Below are positions 36,728 to 47,009 of a stretch of 64,000 nt of DNA, one piece after another. Origin of the DNA: an uncultured Prolixibacteraceae bacterium (lineage in GTDB: Bacteria > Bacteroidota > Bacteroidia > Bacteroidales > FEN-979); contig CAZXQU010000006.1 in NCBI GenBank assembly GCA_964642545.1, positions 1,534-65,533 on the forward strand, given 5' to 3'. The notes below the pieces were generated by a model. It searched no databases. It saw nothing but the letters and a program-made list of their open reading frames with translations, and had not been told where the DNA came from. Numbering within the stretch: the first letter of the stretch is position 1; every line of letters starts with the position of its first letter. The translations under genes and the position numbers were made by a program.

Positions 36728-37884
36728 TACCCCCACCTCCCCGCAATCGCATTTCCACAAAACCCACACTTCCCCTCCTTCAGGTTGTTTGTAAGGATCG
36801 TAAACCCCTTTCTTTCCAGGACCACTTTGTTGCATTTCGGACAATAGGTATTTTCGGCTTTGTTGTTTGGGACATTGCCGATGTAGACGTACTTGATGCC
36901 GGCTTTTTTTGCAATATCGTGAGCCTCTTCAAGGATTGCCAGAGGGGTGAACGGTAGATTGGTCAACTGATAGAGGGGGAAGAAGCGGCTAAAATGGAGC
37001 GGACAGTCTTCGAGTCCGTTGTCTACCAGCCATGTACACATCTCTCTGATCATCTCAGGTTTGTCGGTCCAGTTTGGAACAACCAGGTTGGTAATCTCCA
37101 GCCAGACACCCATTTCATGCAATATTTTCAATGTCCTCAGGATCGGCGCAAGATGTCCGCCATTCAGATTCTGATAGATCTCATCGGAAAATGACTTCAG
37201 GTTGATATTGGCGCCATCAATATAGACAGCCATGTCTCTCAACGGTTTTTCATTGATATAACCATTTGATACCAGGACGTTTTTAATCCCTCTCTGTCGG
37301 GCAAGTTTTGCAGAGTCAAACATATACTCATAAAATGCTATCGGTTCGGAATAAGTATATGCGATGGATAGGGCCCCACTGGCAACCGCCTCGTCAACCA
37401 GGACTTCAGGGAAGAGATCGTAGTTTTTGGTCTCACGCGGGCTCACCTGGGAGATCTCCCAGTTCTGGCAATTCAGGCATGCCAGGGTACATCCGGCAAT
37501 GGCCACAGAATATGCCCGCGAAGTAGGATAGAAATGAAAAAGGGGTTTCTTCTCAATCGGATCCACGTGAATGGAGCAGGGATTGCCATAACCAATCGTG
37601 TAAAGCTTCCCGTCCTTGGCAACTTTCGTGCGACAGAGGCTCTCATTCCCCTCGGTGAGGGTGCATTGGTTTGGGCAGATCAGGCACCTCACCCCTTTTG
37701 GGGTCACAATGCTATAGGGTGACTCTTTGCTGAACCGCCCCAATCCGCCATCCGGAATTCCTGTTTCACTATTCATACCTGTTATGTTTGCCAACGACTC
37801 CATTGAATTCAACCCAATAGCTGCTCCTCCTGCACCCAGAAGGCTCCGGCGAAGAAATTCCCGTTTGGATATCTTATGGCTCAT
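36727..37884 (-). CDS. AmmeMemoRadiSam system radical SAM enzyme with twin-arginine-like N-terminus
   Basis: CX3CX2C (GCTLACLNCQNW). N-terminal Cys cluster (CLICPNQC). C-terminal CPKC...CGFC. N-terminus MSHKISKREFLRRSLLGAGGAAIG. The longest ORF starts at 37917. Confidence 0.85.
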   Translation of the reverse strand: MSHKISKREFLRRSLLGAGGAAIGLNSMESLANITGMNSETGIPDGGLGRFSKESPYSIVTPKGVRCLICPNQCTLTEGNESLCRTKVAKDGKLYTIGYGNPCSIHVDPIEKKPLFHFYPTSRAYSVAIAGCTLACLNCQNWEISQVSPRETKNYDLFPEVLVDEAVASGALSIAYTYSEPIAFYEYMFDSAKLARQRGIKNVLVSNGYINEKPLRDMAVYIDGANINLKSFSDEIYQNLNGGHLAPILRTLKILHEMGVWLEITNLVVPNWTDKPEMIREMCTWLVDNGLEDCPLHFSRFFPLYQLTNLPFTPLAILEEAHDIAKKAGIKYVYIGNVPNNKAENTYCPKCNKVVLERKGFTILTNNLKEGKCGFCGNAIAGRWG

Positions 37885-37981
37885 GATGATCTCATCAAAG
37901 TTACTAAAAAAATCCAAAGAATTGGGCTAAAGCCCAGTAATACACAACTTCCCATTGCCTCCCTAACACATGCAATGACAA

Positions 37982-38044
37982 TAATTTCCTAATTTCCTAA
38001 TTTCTCACCTCCAGGCTCCCTGACCTCCTGACTTCCTGACTCTT
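37982..38044 (-). repeat. Composite array; sense strand reads AAGAGTCA GGAAGTCA GGAGGTCA ... AGAAATTA GGAAATTA GGAAATTA
   Basis: The plus strand reads TAATTTCC TAATTTCC TAATTTCT ... TGACCTCC TGACTTCC TGACTCTT. It starts 3 nt after the stop of 38047..40176. Confidence 0.9.
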
Positions 38045-38046
38045 TC

Positions 38047-40176
38047 TCACCTCCTCCCTGTCGCAAAGTACCAAAGCGCTGTAACTGTATTCAATATCGC
38101 CAACATCACGAGTGTCATCTTGATCCCCATCAGGGGAAGCAGGACTATGGTAGTAAGGAGAGCGCCGAGGGCTGAGCCGTAGAGATCGATGGCGTAGTTA
38201 GAGGCTGCTACTTTATCTATTCCTCCTTTTGAGATGAGGGCCGCAAAAGAAAATACAAGTCCGGTGAGAAAAGAGATTCCGAGCACAAAAAAGATAAAGG
38301 CAGCAAAAATAATGGCATCCGGGAGTTCAAGAAAGGGAACAAGTGAGATGAACAAAAGGATCAGGATGACAAATCCTGCCATCAATAACTGAATGAGCAG
38401 GTAACTCCTGGGATGGATGGATTTGAAAAGGATTTTCCGGAAGGCGGCGCCAAGAGCCAGACCCAGCATAAAAACCATTATCAGGACTCCCAGTGCCTGG
38501 TATACATAACCAAATATGACCTGAAATCCCAGCAGGAGGATGATCTCGGTAGATGATGCCGTAAATCCGGCAGCAAATACCCCTGCATTGACACGATCGG
38601 CCACCAGAAAAGAAAAGACAAGAAGCATCAGGATCATCCCGCCGATAAGGGTATAATTTTGCCGGAAATAGCTGAGCCAGTATGCCTGCTGGTAAAAGTA
38701 GGCAACAGGGTGGAAATCATAGTTTATCCCGCTCTCCTCCATGAGTTTTCCCATCACAAACTGACTGCGGTCTTTCAGTAACTGTTCATCAAAATAGTAT
38801 GGATTGACATAATCAGTTTGGATTCCCCTTTGAATAATCATGGAAGGAATTGCCAGGCTCAGGGAATCATCAGAGGCCAGGAAGTAGTTTTGACTGGATG
38901 GCAGAATGACCACATGCCGAAAATGGTTCTTCAGGGTAAAGTAAATCGAGGAGTTTAGTTTACCAGCTTCATCGCTCACATAATCTGATCCGGTAGACAT
39001 TGAAAGAGCCAGAATACCACCGGAATCCATCTTGTTGCTAATCGCATCAAAAAACTCATCGGTATAATAGCGGTTCAACTGGAGGGTGGAAGGTTCAGGC
39101 AGGTTTATCAGTACCACATCGTAGAGGCTGTCACAATGTGTAATGTACCTCCTGGCATCTGCCGTGATATACCTGACAGCAGAATCGGCTACCTGTTCTC
39201 CCAATGTTGATGTTATTTCAATCAATGCCGGGTTGAGTTCCACATAATCAACCCTGATGGGGTGATATTTCAGAATTTCGGGGATGGCGCCGCTCAATCC
39301 CCCTGAAACGAGCAACACCCGCCCCGGATTGTCATGCTGCACCATTGCAAAATGGACCGACTCCTCATCCCGGATCACATTTCCCGAACTGAAAAGCAGA
39401 ACTCCATTCTCATAAACATTGTGCTGTCCGCTCTGATGCGTAACGATTACCCTGCCGTAGGGAGTCTCCCTATCGACAACCACCTCCTGTTCCTCGAAAA
39501 GCAGAGAGAGGCTGAAAGATGTAAAGGATACCGAATAGAGGCCCAGCAGAACGCCTCCTGCGATAAGCGGGACCATGATCTTCGGGATCAGCGTTGGCTG
39601 TGAGAAGGCATAGAGAATGACACTTCCAAGGAAGACAGCAGAAATGATATTCATCGCCGGAAATGAGCCTATCGTCCAAAGGAAAACGAAATTGATCAAC
39701 CCTCCTGCTACCAAACTGCCCAGCGACTCCACCGCATATGCACCCCCCAGCGGATTTTGCCCCGGTTTTCGTGGAAGAATCGCTGTTAGTGCAGTAAACA
39801 GGAAACCACTCAGGAAACAAACAGGTGTTTGAAGCAACAACGATGAGTAAAAAATCTCCCGTAGCCCCACCATGCTTCCTGTTGGAAAGACAACACACCG
39901 CCATATATCCAGCTTCACAATAGTGAGAACAGGGATTACGGCAAGCAGTATCATCAGGAAGAGGAAAAAAGATTCCCGGTCTTTTATCTGCTGAGCAAAC
40001 CGTCCTATAAAAGCGCCAAACCCACTGATCAGCATCCACGTAGTAAGAACAATGCCGAAAACAAGCTCATTGCCCTGGAAAACGTAAAGGAACTCGCGCA
40101 GCAGGTAAATCTGAGTAGCAATAGAGATAAATCCCAGGCCAAACAAGGCAGAGAAGATTGCAAATCTCTTGTACAT
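38047..40176 (-). CDS. Fused polytopic membrane domain / spermidine synthase-like protein
   Basis: N- and C-terminal blocks of TM helices flank a class I methyltransferase/aminopropyltransferase-like core (VLLVSGGLSGAIPEILKY..VDYVELNPALIE..YDVVLINLPEPST). Confidence 0.8.
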   Translation of the reverse strand: MYKRFAIFSALFGLGFISIATQIYLLREFLYVFQGNELVFGIVLTTWMLISGFGAFIGRFAQQIKDRESFFLFLMILLAVIPVLTIVKLDIWRCVVFPTGSMVGLREIFYSSLLLQTPVCFLSGFLFTALTAILPRKPGQNPLGGAYAVESLGSLVAGGLINFVFLWTIGSFPAMNIISAVFLGSVILYAFSQPTLIPKIMVPLIAGGVLLGLYSVSFTSFSLSLLFEEQEVVVDRETPYGRVIVTHQSGQHNVYENGVLLFSSGNVIRDEESVHFAMVQHDNPGRVLLVSGGLSGAIPEILKYHPIRVDYVELNPALIEITSTLGEQVADSAVRYITADARRYITHCDSLYDVVLINLPEPSTLQLNRYYTDEFFDAISNKMDSGGILALSMSTGSDYVSDEAGKLNSSIYFTLKNHFRHVVILPSSQNYFLASDDSLSLAIPSMIIQRGIQTDYVNPYYFDEQLLKDRSQFVMGKLMEESGINYDFHPVAYFYQQAYWLSYFRQNYTLIGGMILMLLVFSFLVADRVNAGVFAAGFTASSTEIILLLGFQVIFGYVYQALGVLIMVFMLGLALGAAFRKILFKSIHPRSYLLIQLLMAGFVILILLFISLVPFLELPDAIIFAAFIFFVLGISFLTGLVFSFAALISKGGIDKVAASNYAIDLYGSALGALLTTIVLLPLMGIKMTLVMLAILNTVTALWYFATGRR

Positions 40177-40209
40177 TTTGTACCTTTACTTTGTTTTATT
40201 TCAAAAATA

Positions 40210-41745
40210 ATGCAAACAACCCGCTTTTCTTTCATTTTGTTAATAAGCTTTATGTTTGGTTCACAACTTGGATGCTCATCCCAGAATCCGGAAGAATCAT
40301 CCCAAAAAAATGACCGGAAGCCGGCAGCGGCAGGTAGGTTCTATTCCGACAATCCTAAAGAACTCCGATCCGTGGTTACGGACTTCTTTGCGAAATCGAT
40401 CCCCCGGGAGGGGGGACATATTGCGGCAATCATCTCACCACATGCCGGTTATGTATTTTCGGGTCAGGTAGCTGCAAATGCATTCAACCAGGTTGATCCC
40501 GATCGTATATTCGATAACGTTTTCGTCATTGCATCCAGCCACCAGGTAACCTTTTCGGGGGCCTCCATCTATAACCTGGGCGATTATGTAACACCACTTG
40601 GGAAGGTACCTGTAAATATCGACCTTGCCAACCAACTTATTGAGAAGAGCCCGCTATTCATGTTTCATCCCGAAGCCGACAAATACGAACACAGTCTGGA
40701 GGTGCAGGTTCCCTTTTTGCAGGTGCATCTGAAACAACCATTTAAATTGGTTCCAATTGTACTGGGGACCCAGTCGGCCGAAACCTGCCAAAAGATTGCT
40801 GAAGCCCTGAAGCCATGGTTCAACAACCGGAACCTTTTCGTGATTAGCAGTGATTTCGCTCATTACCCCGAATATGAAGAAGCCAACGTTGCCGACAAAG
40901 CCACCTGCGATGCCATCGTAACCAATGATCCTGAGATCTTTACCTCGTTTCTCAACGGCTATAAAAAGAAAACGATCCCCAATCTGGCAACCAATTGCTG
41001 TGGGTGGACATCTGTACTCACGCTGCTGAACCTTACTTCCGAAAATCCCGATTACACCTACATGCCACTTTTTTATCAGAATTCGGGGGATTCGAAGTAT
41101 GGAGACAAAAAACAAGTGGTAGGATACTGGGCGATCACAGTAACTCGAAAGAGTGATGAGTATCTGGAGAAATCAGGCTTTTCATTATCTAATGAGGAAA
41201 AAATTCAGTTACTGGAGATTGCGAGGAGTACAGTTAACGGATATGTCAGAAATAAAAAGAAACCCGAAATTGATGCAACGCTGTTCTCCGAAAACCTGAA
41301 ACTTCATGCCGGAGCTTTTGTTACCCTTAAAAAGGGAGGTGAGTTGCGGGGCTGTATCGGACGGTTCACAGCAACGATTCCGTTGTATCAAGTGATTCAG
41401 GAGATGGCGATTGCCAGTGCTACACAGGATTACAGGTTCTCACCGGTACAATCCAATGAGATCGATGCGCTGGAGATTGAAATCTCGGTACTTTCTCCCA
41501 TGAAACGCATTGCCGGAATGGATGAACTCGAACTGGGAAGAGATGGCATCTACATTAAAAAAGGGAGTTCTGCAGGCACATTTTTGCCTCAGGTTGCAAC
41601 TGAAACCGGATGGACAAAAGAGGAGTTCCTTGGACATTGTGCCCGGGATAAGGCTGGCATTGGATGGAATGGGTGGAAAGATGCCGAACTCTATACCTAT
41701 GAAGCCGTTGTGTTTTCAGAATCAGAATTTAGCGGCCACAAATAG
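40210..41745 (+). CDS. Memo-like (protein B) + AMMECR1 (protein A) fusion of the AmmeMemoRadiSam system, with lipoprotein signal
   Basis: Lipobox GSQLGCSS. Memo part (ISPHAGYVFSG, EHSLEVQVPFLQ, SSDFAHY). AMMECR1 part (GAFVTLKKGGELRGCIG, YRFSPV, GTFLPQV). Confidence 0.85.
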   Translation: MQTTRFSFILLISFMFGSQLGCSSQNPEESSQKNDRKPAAAGRFYSDNPKELRSVVTDFFAKSIPREGGHIAAIISPHAGYVFSGQVAANAFNQVDPDRIFDNVFVIASSHQVTFSGASIYNLGDYVTPLGKVPVNIDLANQLIEKSPLFMFHPEADKYEHSLEVQVPFLQVHLKQPFKLVPIVLGTQSAETCQKIAEALKPWFNNRNLFVISSDFAHYPEYEEANVADKATCDAIVTNDPEIFTSFLNGYKKKTIPNLATNCCGWTSVLTLLNLTSENPDYTYMPLFYQNSGDSKYGDKKQVVGYWAITVTRKSDEYLEKSGFSLSNEEKIQLLEIARSTVNGYVRNKKKPEIDATLFSENLKLHAGAFVTLKKGGELRGCIGRFTATIPLYQVIQEMAIASATQDYRFSPVQSNEIDALEIEISVLSPMKRIAGMDELELGRDGIYIKKGSSAGTFLPQVATETGWTKEEFLGHCARDKAGIGWNGWKDAELYTYEAVVFSESEFSGHK

Positions 41746-44599
41746 ATATATAGGGGCAGTAAACACATCTCTCTTCCTCCTGTGTTTGACGAAAAGGTAG
41801 ATTTGGGTCGAAAATATCCACAAGAATCCTTCTCAGGACCTCCTCCATTTTTCCAATCTGGTAATTCCCAATCACCGAAGATTTAGGAGTTCCTTTTTCA
41901 TCGGGCATCGTAACCATTACAAACCCTGGGGCCTGTTTCTTCAGGGAGATGATTCCTGCCTGATAATGGCTGGCCTGATGGCGTCCGGCGAGAAGCCATG
42001 TGTAGGTCAGCAGTTGGAATCCTTTGTCAAGGTCTGGATCTGAGACCAACCCATCCCAGTCGGATATGGCGACCTCTTTGGGGGCAACATTCCCTGTCTT
42101 GTAATCGATCACGCGGGTAATCCCGCCAATTTTGTCAACACGATCCACAAACCCCTTAATCCGGATCTCCATCTCCGATCCGTTCAGAATTACCACTAAA
42201 GGTCTTGAAAGGGGCTGTTCAAGAAGCTTGACAATCAGGGTCTCCCTCTTTGCAGCCAATTGCTCCACATACCGCATTTCTCCGCGGATGAACTTCTTGA
42301 CCATAATTCTGGTAACCTCGACCAATAGAAGGTTTTTCCCGGTTTTTAGGCTGTCACCTTTGAAGACTTCGCTGAATGCAGTTTCAATCTCCCTGTCAAT
42401 CCTCGGTTCCATCGATGCAAGATCATCGCGCGACAGAACTCGTCCTACAAAAGGTTTAAACAGGTTCATCAGGGCATGATGGACAGCCGATCCCAATGTC
42501 CGGGGATCAATCTCCACCTCCTCCTCTTCAGGTTCCTTCAACCCGGCAACTTCCGAAAAGTAGAATCTCAGGGAACACGAGCGGTAAGCATTGAGTGATG
42601 TAGGCGCAAATCCGGTTGAGATTTTTTGTTTCAGTTTTTCGAGAACAGCCACCCCTTTAACGATCTCAATAACCGATGCCTCCGATCCATTCATCAGTGG
42701 GGTAACCAGTACTTCATTAAGAAGGTTGATCGACTTGTTGTATTTTGGCAATTCTGTCTCAATTTGCCTGATAAAACGGCTTGGATCACCTCCACCCATT
42801 TGCCCGGGCTCGGTGCAGTATAGCAGCCACACACTGGAAGAGTGCTGCAATAACCTGTAAAAGTGGTAGGCATAAACGGCATCCTTCTGGCGGTACAAAG
42901 GAAGATCAAAATCCTTCCGTACATCAAACGGGATAAAGGATTGAAGATTCTTCCCTGATGGCAGTATCCCTTCGTTGCAGGAGAGGATGATCACCCGATC
43001 AAAATCGAGCGTACGGGTCTCCAGCATCCCCATGATCTGGAGTCCTTTTAGTGGCTCTCCATAAAATGGAAGCATGGTAGTTTCAAGCAACTGTTTAAAA
43101 AACTTTGTCAGGCTGTCCCACGTGAGAAAACCGGAAGATTCATCAATCAACTGCCTGAGTTGACGAAGTATCCGAGCTACGGCATAGGCGTATTCCAACT
43201 CGATCTTAGGTGCTGGGTCATCAGAAACAGTAGAATTCACAATTGCCTCCACCAGGTTTTGAAGGCCAATCAAGGCGCCATCAAGGGTTTCCCAGGTATC
43301 AAACATCAGGTCGAGAAAATGAAGGCTGATGCTAAAGAGCCCTGTGTGTTCGGTTACAAGATCTTTCCGCTGGAGGAATGTCTTATGCCCTCTTTTGACA
43401 GATTCAACGAGTTCACGAAATGCAAACGGATTCCCATCTGAATTTGCGGAAGCCAGACGGGATACATATGGATGTTGTAGCACCTTCGCGACATCCCGAA
43501 AATAGAATCTTCCAGATTTTTTTGCACCGGGAGTCATCCTGATGGCATGGTGGTGCATCTCATATACCAGTATCAGGAGATCCGCGAGTGGAGTCTGGCT
43601 CAACGGGAGCCCCATAGTAATATTCACTGCATCGAGTTGGGCCGGCAACGAGTTCAGTAATGGAAGAAGAAGCTTTTCATCGGGGAGGATGACAGCTGTT
43701 CGTTCATTCAGAAGTCCTCGCTGATGCCACTCTTCCAATAAGTTACCGCTTAGTTTTACCTGGCCGATGATATCGGGAACCCCGATCACCTTAATCTCTT
43801 TCGTACCAGATCTGAAATCGTCAGATTTCCACCGATTCGACCACTCAGGCCATTTTTTAAACCATTTTCGAAGGTAATCGCCAGCCTCCTGTTTGGGATC
43901 CTCGAAGTAGTAGTTGTCAGCATCCCAAAGCAACTCACCAACACCCTCTTTTACCAGGAAATCGATGATTCGCTCTTCGGAGGTTGTCAGGGCATTGAAT
44001 CCTGCAAAAACAACCTTCTCCCAGGGAATCTTTGCCACCCCACGTTCCATCTTTTGCCAGGCATCCCTGAACATCAATCCCTGATAAGCTTCCCCCCGTG
44101 AAAGCAGTTCCACTGTTAATCCTGAATAGTATGAAAGCAGAAAGTTATAGAACTTCAGGTAGTTCAGCTGAAACTCTGTAAGTGGTGTATTGTCGGGATT
44201 CCAGACCGTTAGTGCCCTAACTTCATCCAGGTAAGTAAAAAGAGTTGTTGGATCAACCAAATAGCGATCTATCTCGTTGAAATCGGAGAGCAGCTGACTC
44301 CCCCAATTCAGAAACTCATCAAACGGTTGCGCTTTTTCCTTCTCAAAACGCTGATGAACTTTGTAGAGTTCAAAAAGACAATGAACCTGCTCCACTTCCC
44401 TCAGCCCCGAGACAGATGCAATGAACTCCTCGATGGAAAAGAGAGCCGGTGACCAGGAAGTTTTCTGAAGCATTCCGGCAAGATATTTACGCAAAAAAAG
44501 GCCTGCACGCCTGTTTGGAAGGACAACAGCCACATTGGCAAGATTATCACCAAAGGTTTCATACAGGTATTTTGCGGTTTGCTGGAGAAAAGGAGGCAT
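41729..44599 (-). CDS. PD-(D/E)XK nuclease family protein, AddB/RexB-like
   Basis: 956 aa. C-terminal RecB-type nuclease (IKGFVDRVD..VIDYKTG) with terminal Cys cluster (CVYCPYISICGR). Paired with a UvrD-type helicase-nuclease two genes upstream. Confidence 0.75.
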   Translation of the reverse strand: MPPFLQQTAKYLYETFGDNLANVAVVLPNRRAGLFLRKYLAGMLQKTSWSPALFSIEEFIASVSGLREVEQVHCLFELYKVHQRFEKEKAQPFDEFLNWGSQLLSDFNEIDRYLVDPTTLFTYLDEVRALTVWNPDNTPLTEFQLNYLKFYNFLLSYYSGLTVELLSRGEAYQGLMFRDAWQKMERGVAKIPWEKVVFAGFNALTTSEERIIDFLVKEGVGELLWDADNYYFEDPKQEAGDYLRKWFKKWPEWSNRWKSDDFRSGTKEIKVIGVPDIIGQVKLSGNLLEEWHQRGLLNERTAVILPDEKLLLPLLNSLPAQLDAVNITMGLPLSQTPLADLLILVYEMHHHAIRMTPGAKKSGRFYFRDVAKVLQHPYVSRLASANSDGNPFAFRELVESVKRGHKTFLQRKDLVTEHTGLFSISLHFLDLMFDTWETLDGALIGLQNLVEAIVNSTVSDDPAPKIELEYAYAVARILRQLRQLIDESSGFLTWDSLTKFFKQLLETTMLPFYGEPLKGLQIMGMLETRTLDFDRVIILSCNEGILPSGKNLQSFIPFDVRKDFDLPLYRQKDAVYAYHFYRLLQHSSSVWLLYCTEPGQMGGGDPSRFIRQIETELPKYNKSINLLNEVLVTPLMNGSEASVIEIVKGVAVLEKLKQKISTGFAPTSLNAYRSCSLRFYFSEVAGLKEPEEEEVEIDPRTLGSAVHHALMNLFKPFVGRVLSRDDLASMEPRIDREIETAFSEVFKGDSLKTGKNLLLVEVTRIMVKKFIRGEMRYVEQLAAKRETLIVKLLEQPLSRPLVVILNGSEMEIRIKGFVDRVDKIGGITRVIDYKTGNVAPKEVAISDWDGLVSDPDLDKGFQLLTYTWLLAGRHQASHYQAGIISLKKQAPGFVMVTMPDEKGTPKSSVIGNYQIGKMEEVLRRILVDIFDPNLPFRQTQEEERCVYCPYISICGR

Positions 44600-44622
44600 T
44601 TGGTTTTATTTACGAATAATTC

Positions 44623-44693
44623 GATTTCCGATTTGGGATTTGAGATTTGAGACTTGGATATTATTTGTTATTTGTGATTTGTTATTTGATTAT
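44623..44693 (+). repeat. Heptamer arrays (GATTTCC GATTTGG GATTTGA GATTTGA GACTTGG) then (TTGTTAT TTGTGAT TTGTTAT)
   Basis: Read directly. It overlaps the last codons and stop of 44682..45386. On that gene's sense strand it is CA-rich, the opposite polarity to most arrays. Confidence 0.85.
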
Positions 44694-45386
44694 TGACCTA
44701 TCTGTATATTTCCCAATGTCTCTCCACTCCAGCGAGTTATCCATGTATCCCTTGATAAGATGATCTGATGCGAGTCTGATGTATAAATCTGTAAGCGAGA
44801 ATCTTCCTGTTTCAATCATCAATGAAAAGATTTCTGGCTGAAGAATTTGTATGCCGCTGAATGCGAGAGGATGCAACTCCTCACACTTCATGCTTATCCT
44901 CTTTTCACCGCTCTTTTTGTTTTCCCATCCGCAAAGCCTGTTCTTGTCATTAAACAGAAAATAACGAGAAGTTTCACGAGTACGGACTGCGAGTGTAGCA
45001 AGGGGCTTAACGAGTGCATGAGCCCTGGCCATCAGGCTGAGATCAAGATCGGAAAGGATATCTGCATTTCTAACGAGAAACGGCTTACCATCATCAAAAA
45101 ACCAGGAAGCCTTTTTCAGTCCACCGCCTGTCTCCAGCAACTCCTCTGATTCGTCGGAGATTGTAATGGACAAACCAAAATTATCATTCGCCCTGAGAAA
45201 ATCCCGAATCTGCGCAGGGAAGTGGTGTACATTGATGATGACATCCCGTATCCCGTATCGCTTAACGTGTTCCAGCGTATACTGCAGCAATGGTTTTCCC
45301 TCCACCACCACAAGTGCTTTGGGGATTGAATTTGTGATTGGCCGCAACCGCGTACCCAATCCCGCTGCAAGTATCATCGCTTTCAT
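44682..45386 (-). CDS. Sugar-1-phosphate nucleotidyltransferase, MurU-like
   Basis: N-terminus MILAAGLGTRLRPIT plus an NTP_transferase fold. Adjacent to an AmgK-like kinase gene. Confidence 0.8.
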   Translation of the reverse strand: MKAMILAAGLGTRLRPITNSIPKALVVVEGKPLLQYTLEHVKRYGIRDVIINVHHFPAQIRDFLRANDNFGLSITISDESEELLETGGGLKKASWFFDDGKPFLVRNADILSDLDLSLMARAHALVKPLATLAVRTRETSRYFLFNDKNRLCGWENKKSGEKRISMKCEELHPLAFSGIQILQPEIFSLMIETGRFSLTDLYIRLASDHLIKGYMDNSLEWRDIGKYTDRSIIK

Positions 45387-45388
45387 TT

Positions 45389-45474
45389 GTTCGCTGTTCG
45401 CTTTCCTAATTTCCTAATTTCTTAATTTCCCACATCCCTACTCTCATACTCTCATACCCTCAACCCTCTTACCC
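45389..45474 (-). repeat. Composite array filling the spacer; sense strand has GGTAAGAG GGTTGAGG (GTATGAGA)x2 ... (GGAAATTA-type)x3 ... (GCGAACA)x2
   Basis: The plus strand reads TGTTCGC TGTTCGC TTTCCTAA TTTCCTAA TTTCTTAA TTTCCCAC ATCCCTAC TCTCATAC TCTCATAC CCTCAACC CTCTTACC. Confidence 0.9.
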
Positions 45475-45476
45475 AT

Positions 45477-46964
<1,488 letters not shown>

Positions 46965-46972
46965 TCTACTTC

Positions 46973-47009
46973 CCTAATTTCCTAATTTCCTAATTTCGAA
47001 TTTCCTACC
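46973..47009 (-). repeat. Octamer array; sense strand reads GGTAGG AAATTCG AAATTAGG AAATTAGG AAATTAGG
   Basis: The plus strand reads CCTAATTT x3, then CGAATTT CCTACC. It abuts the TGA stop of 47010..50213. Confidence 0.9.

Noticed and set aside
37921-37940. Short hairpin TGGGCT-AA-AGCCCA just upstream of the radical SAM gene start
   Set aside because: It has only a 6-bp stem with a 2-nt loop, which is too weak and too common to interpret.
39470-40039. 189-aa alternative-frame ORF inside the MFS/spermidine synthase gene
   Set aside because: It is on the same strand but out of frame with a 709-aa ORF that has coherent TM helices and a methyltransferase-like core. Its Arg/Cys-rich composition is typical of an off-frame translation.
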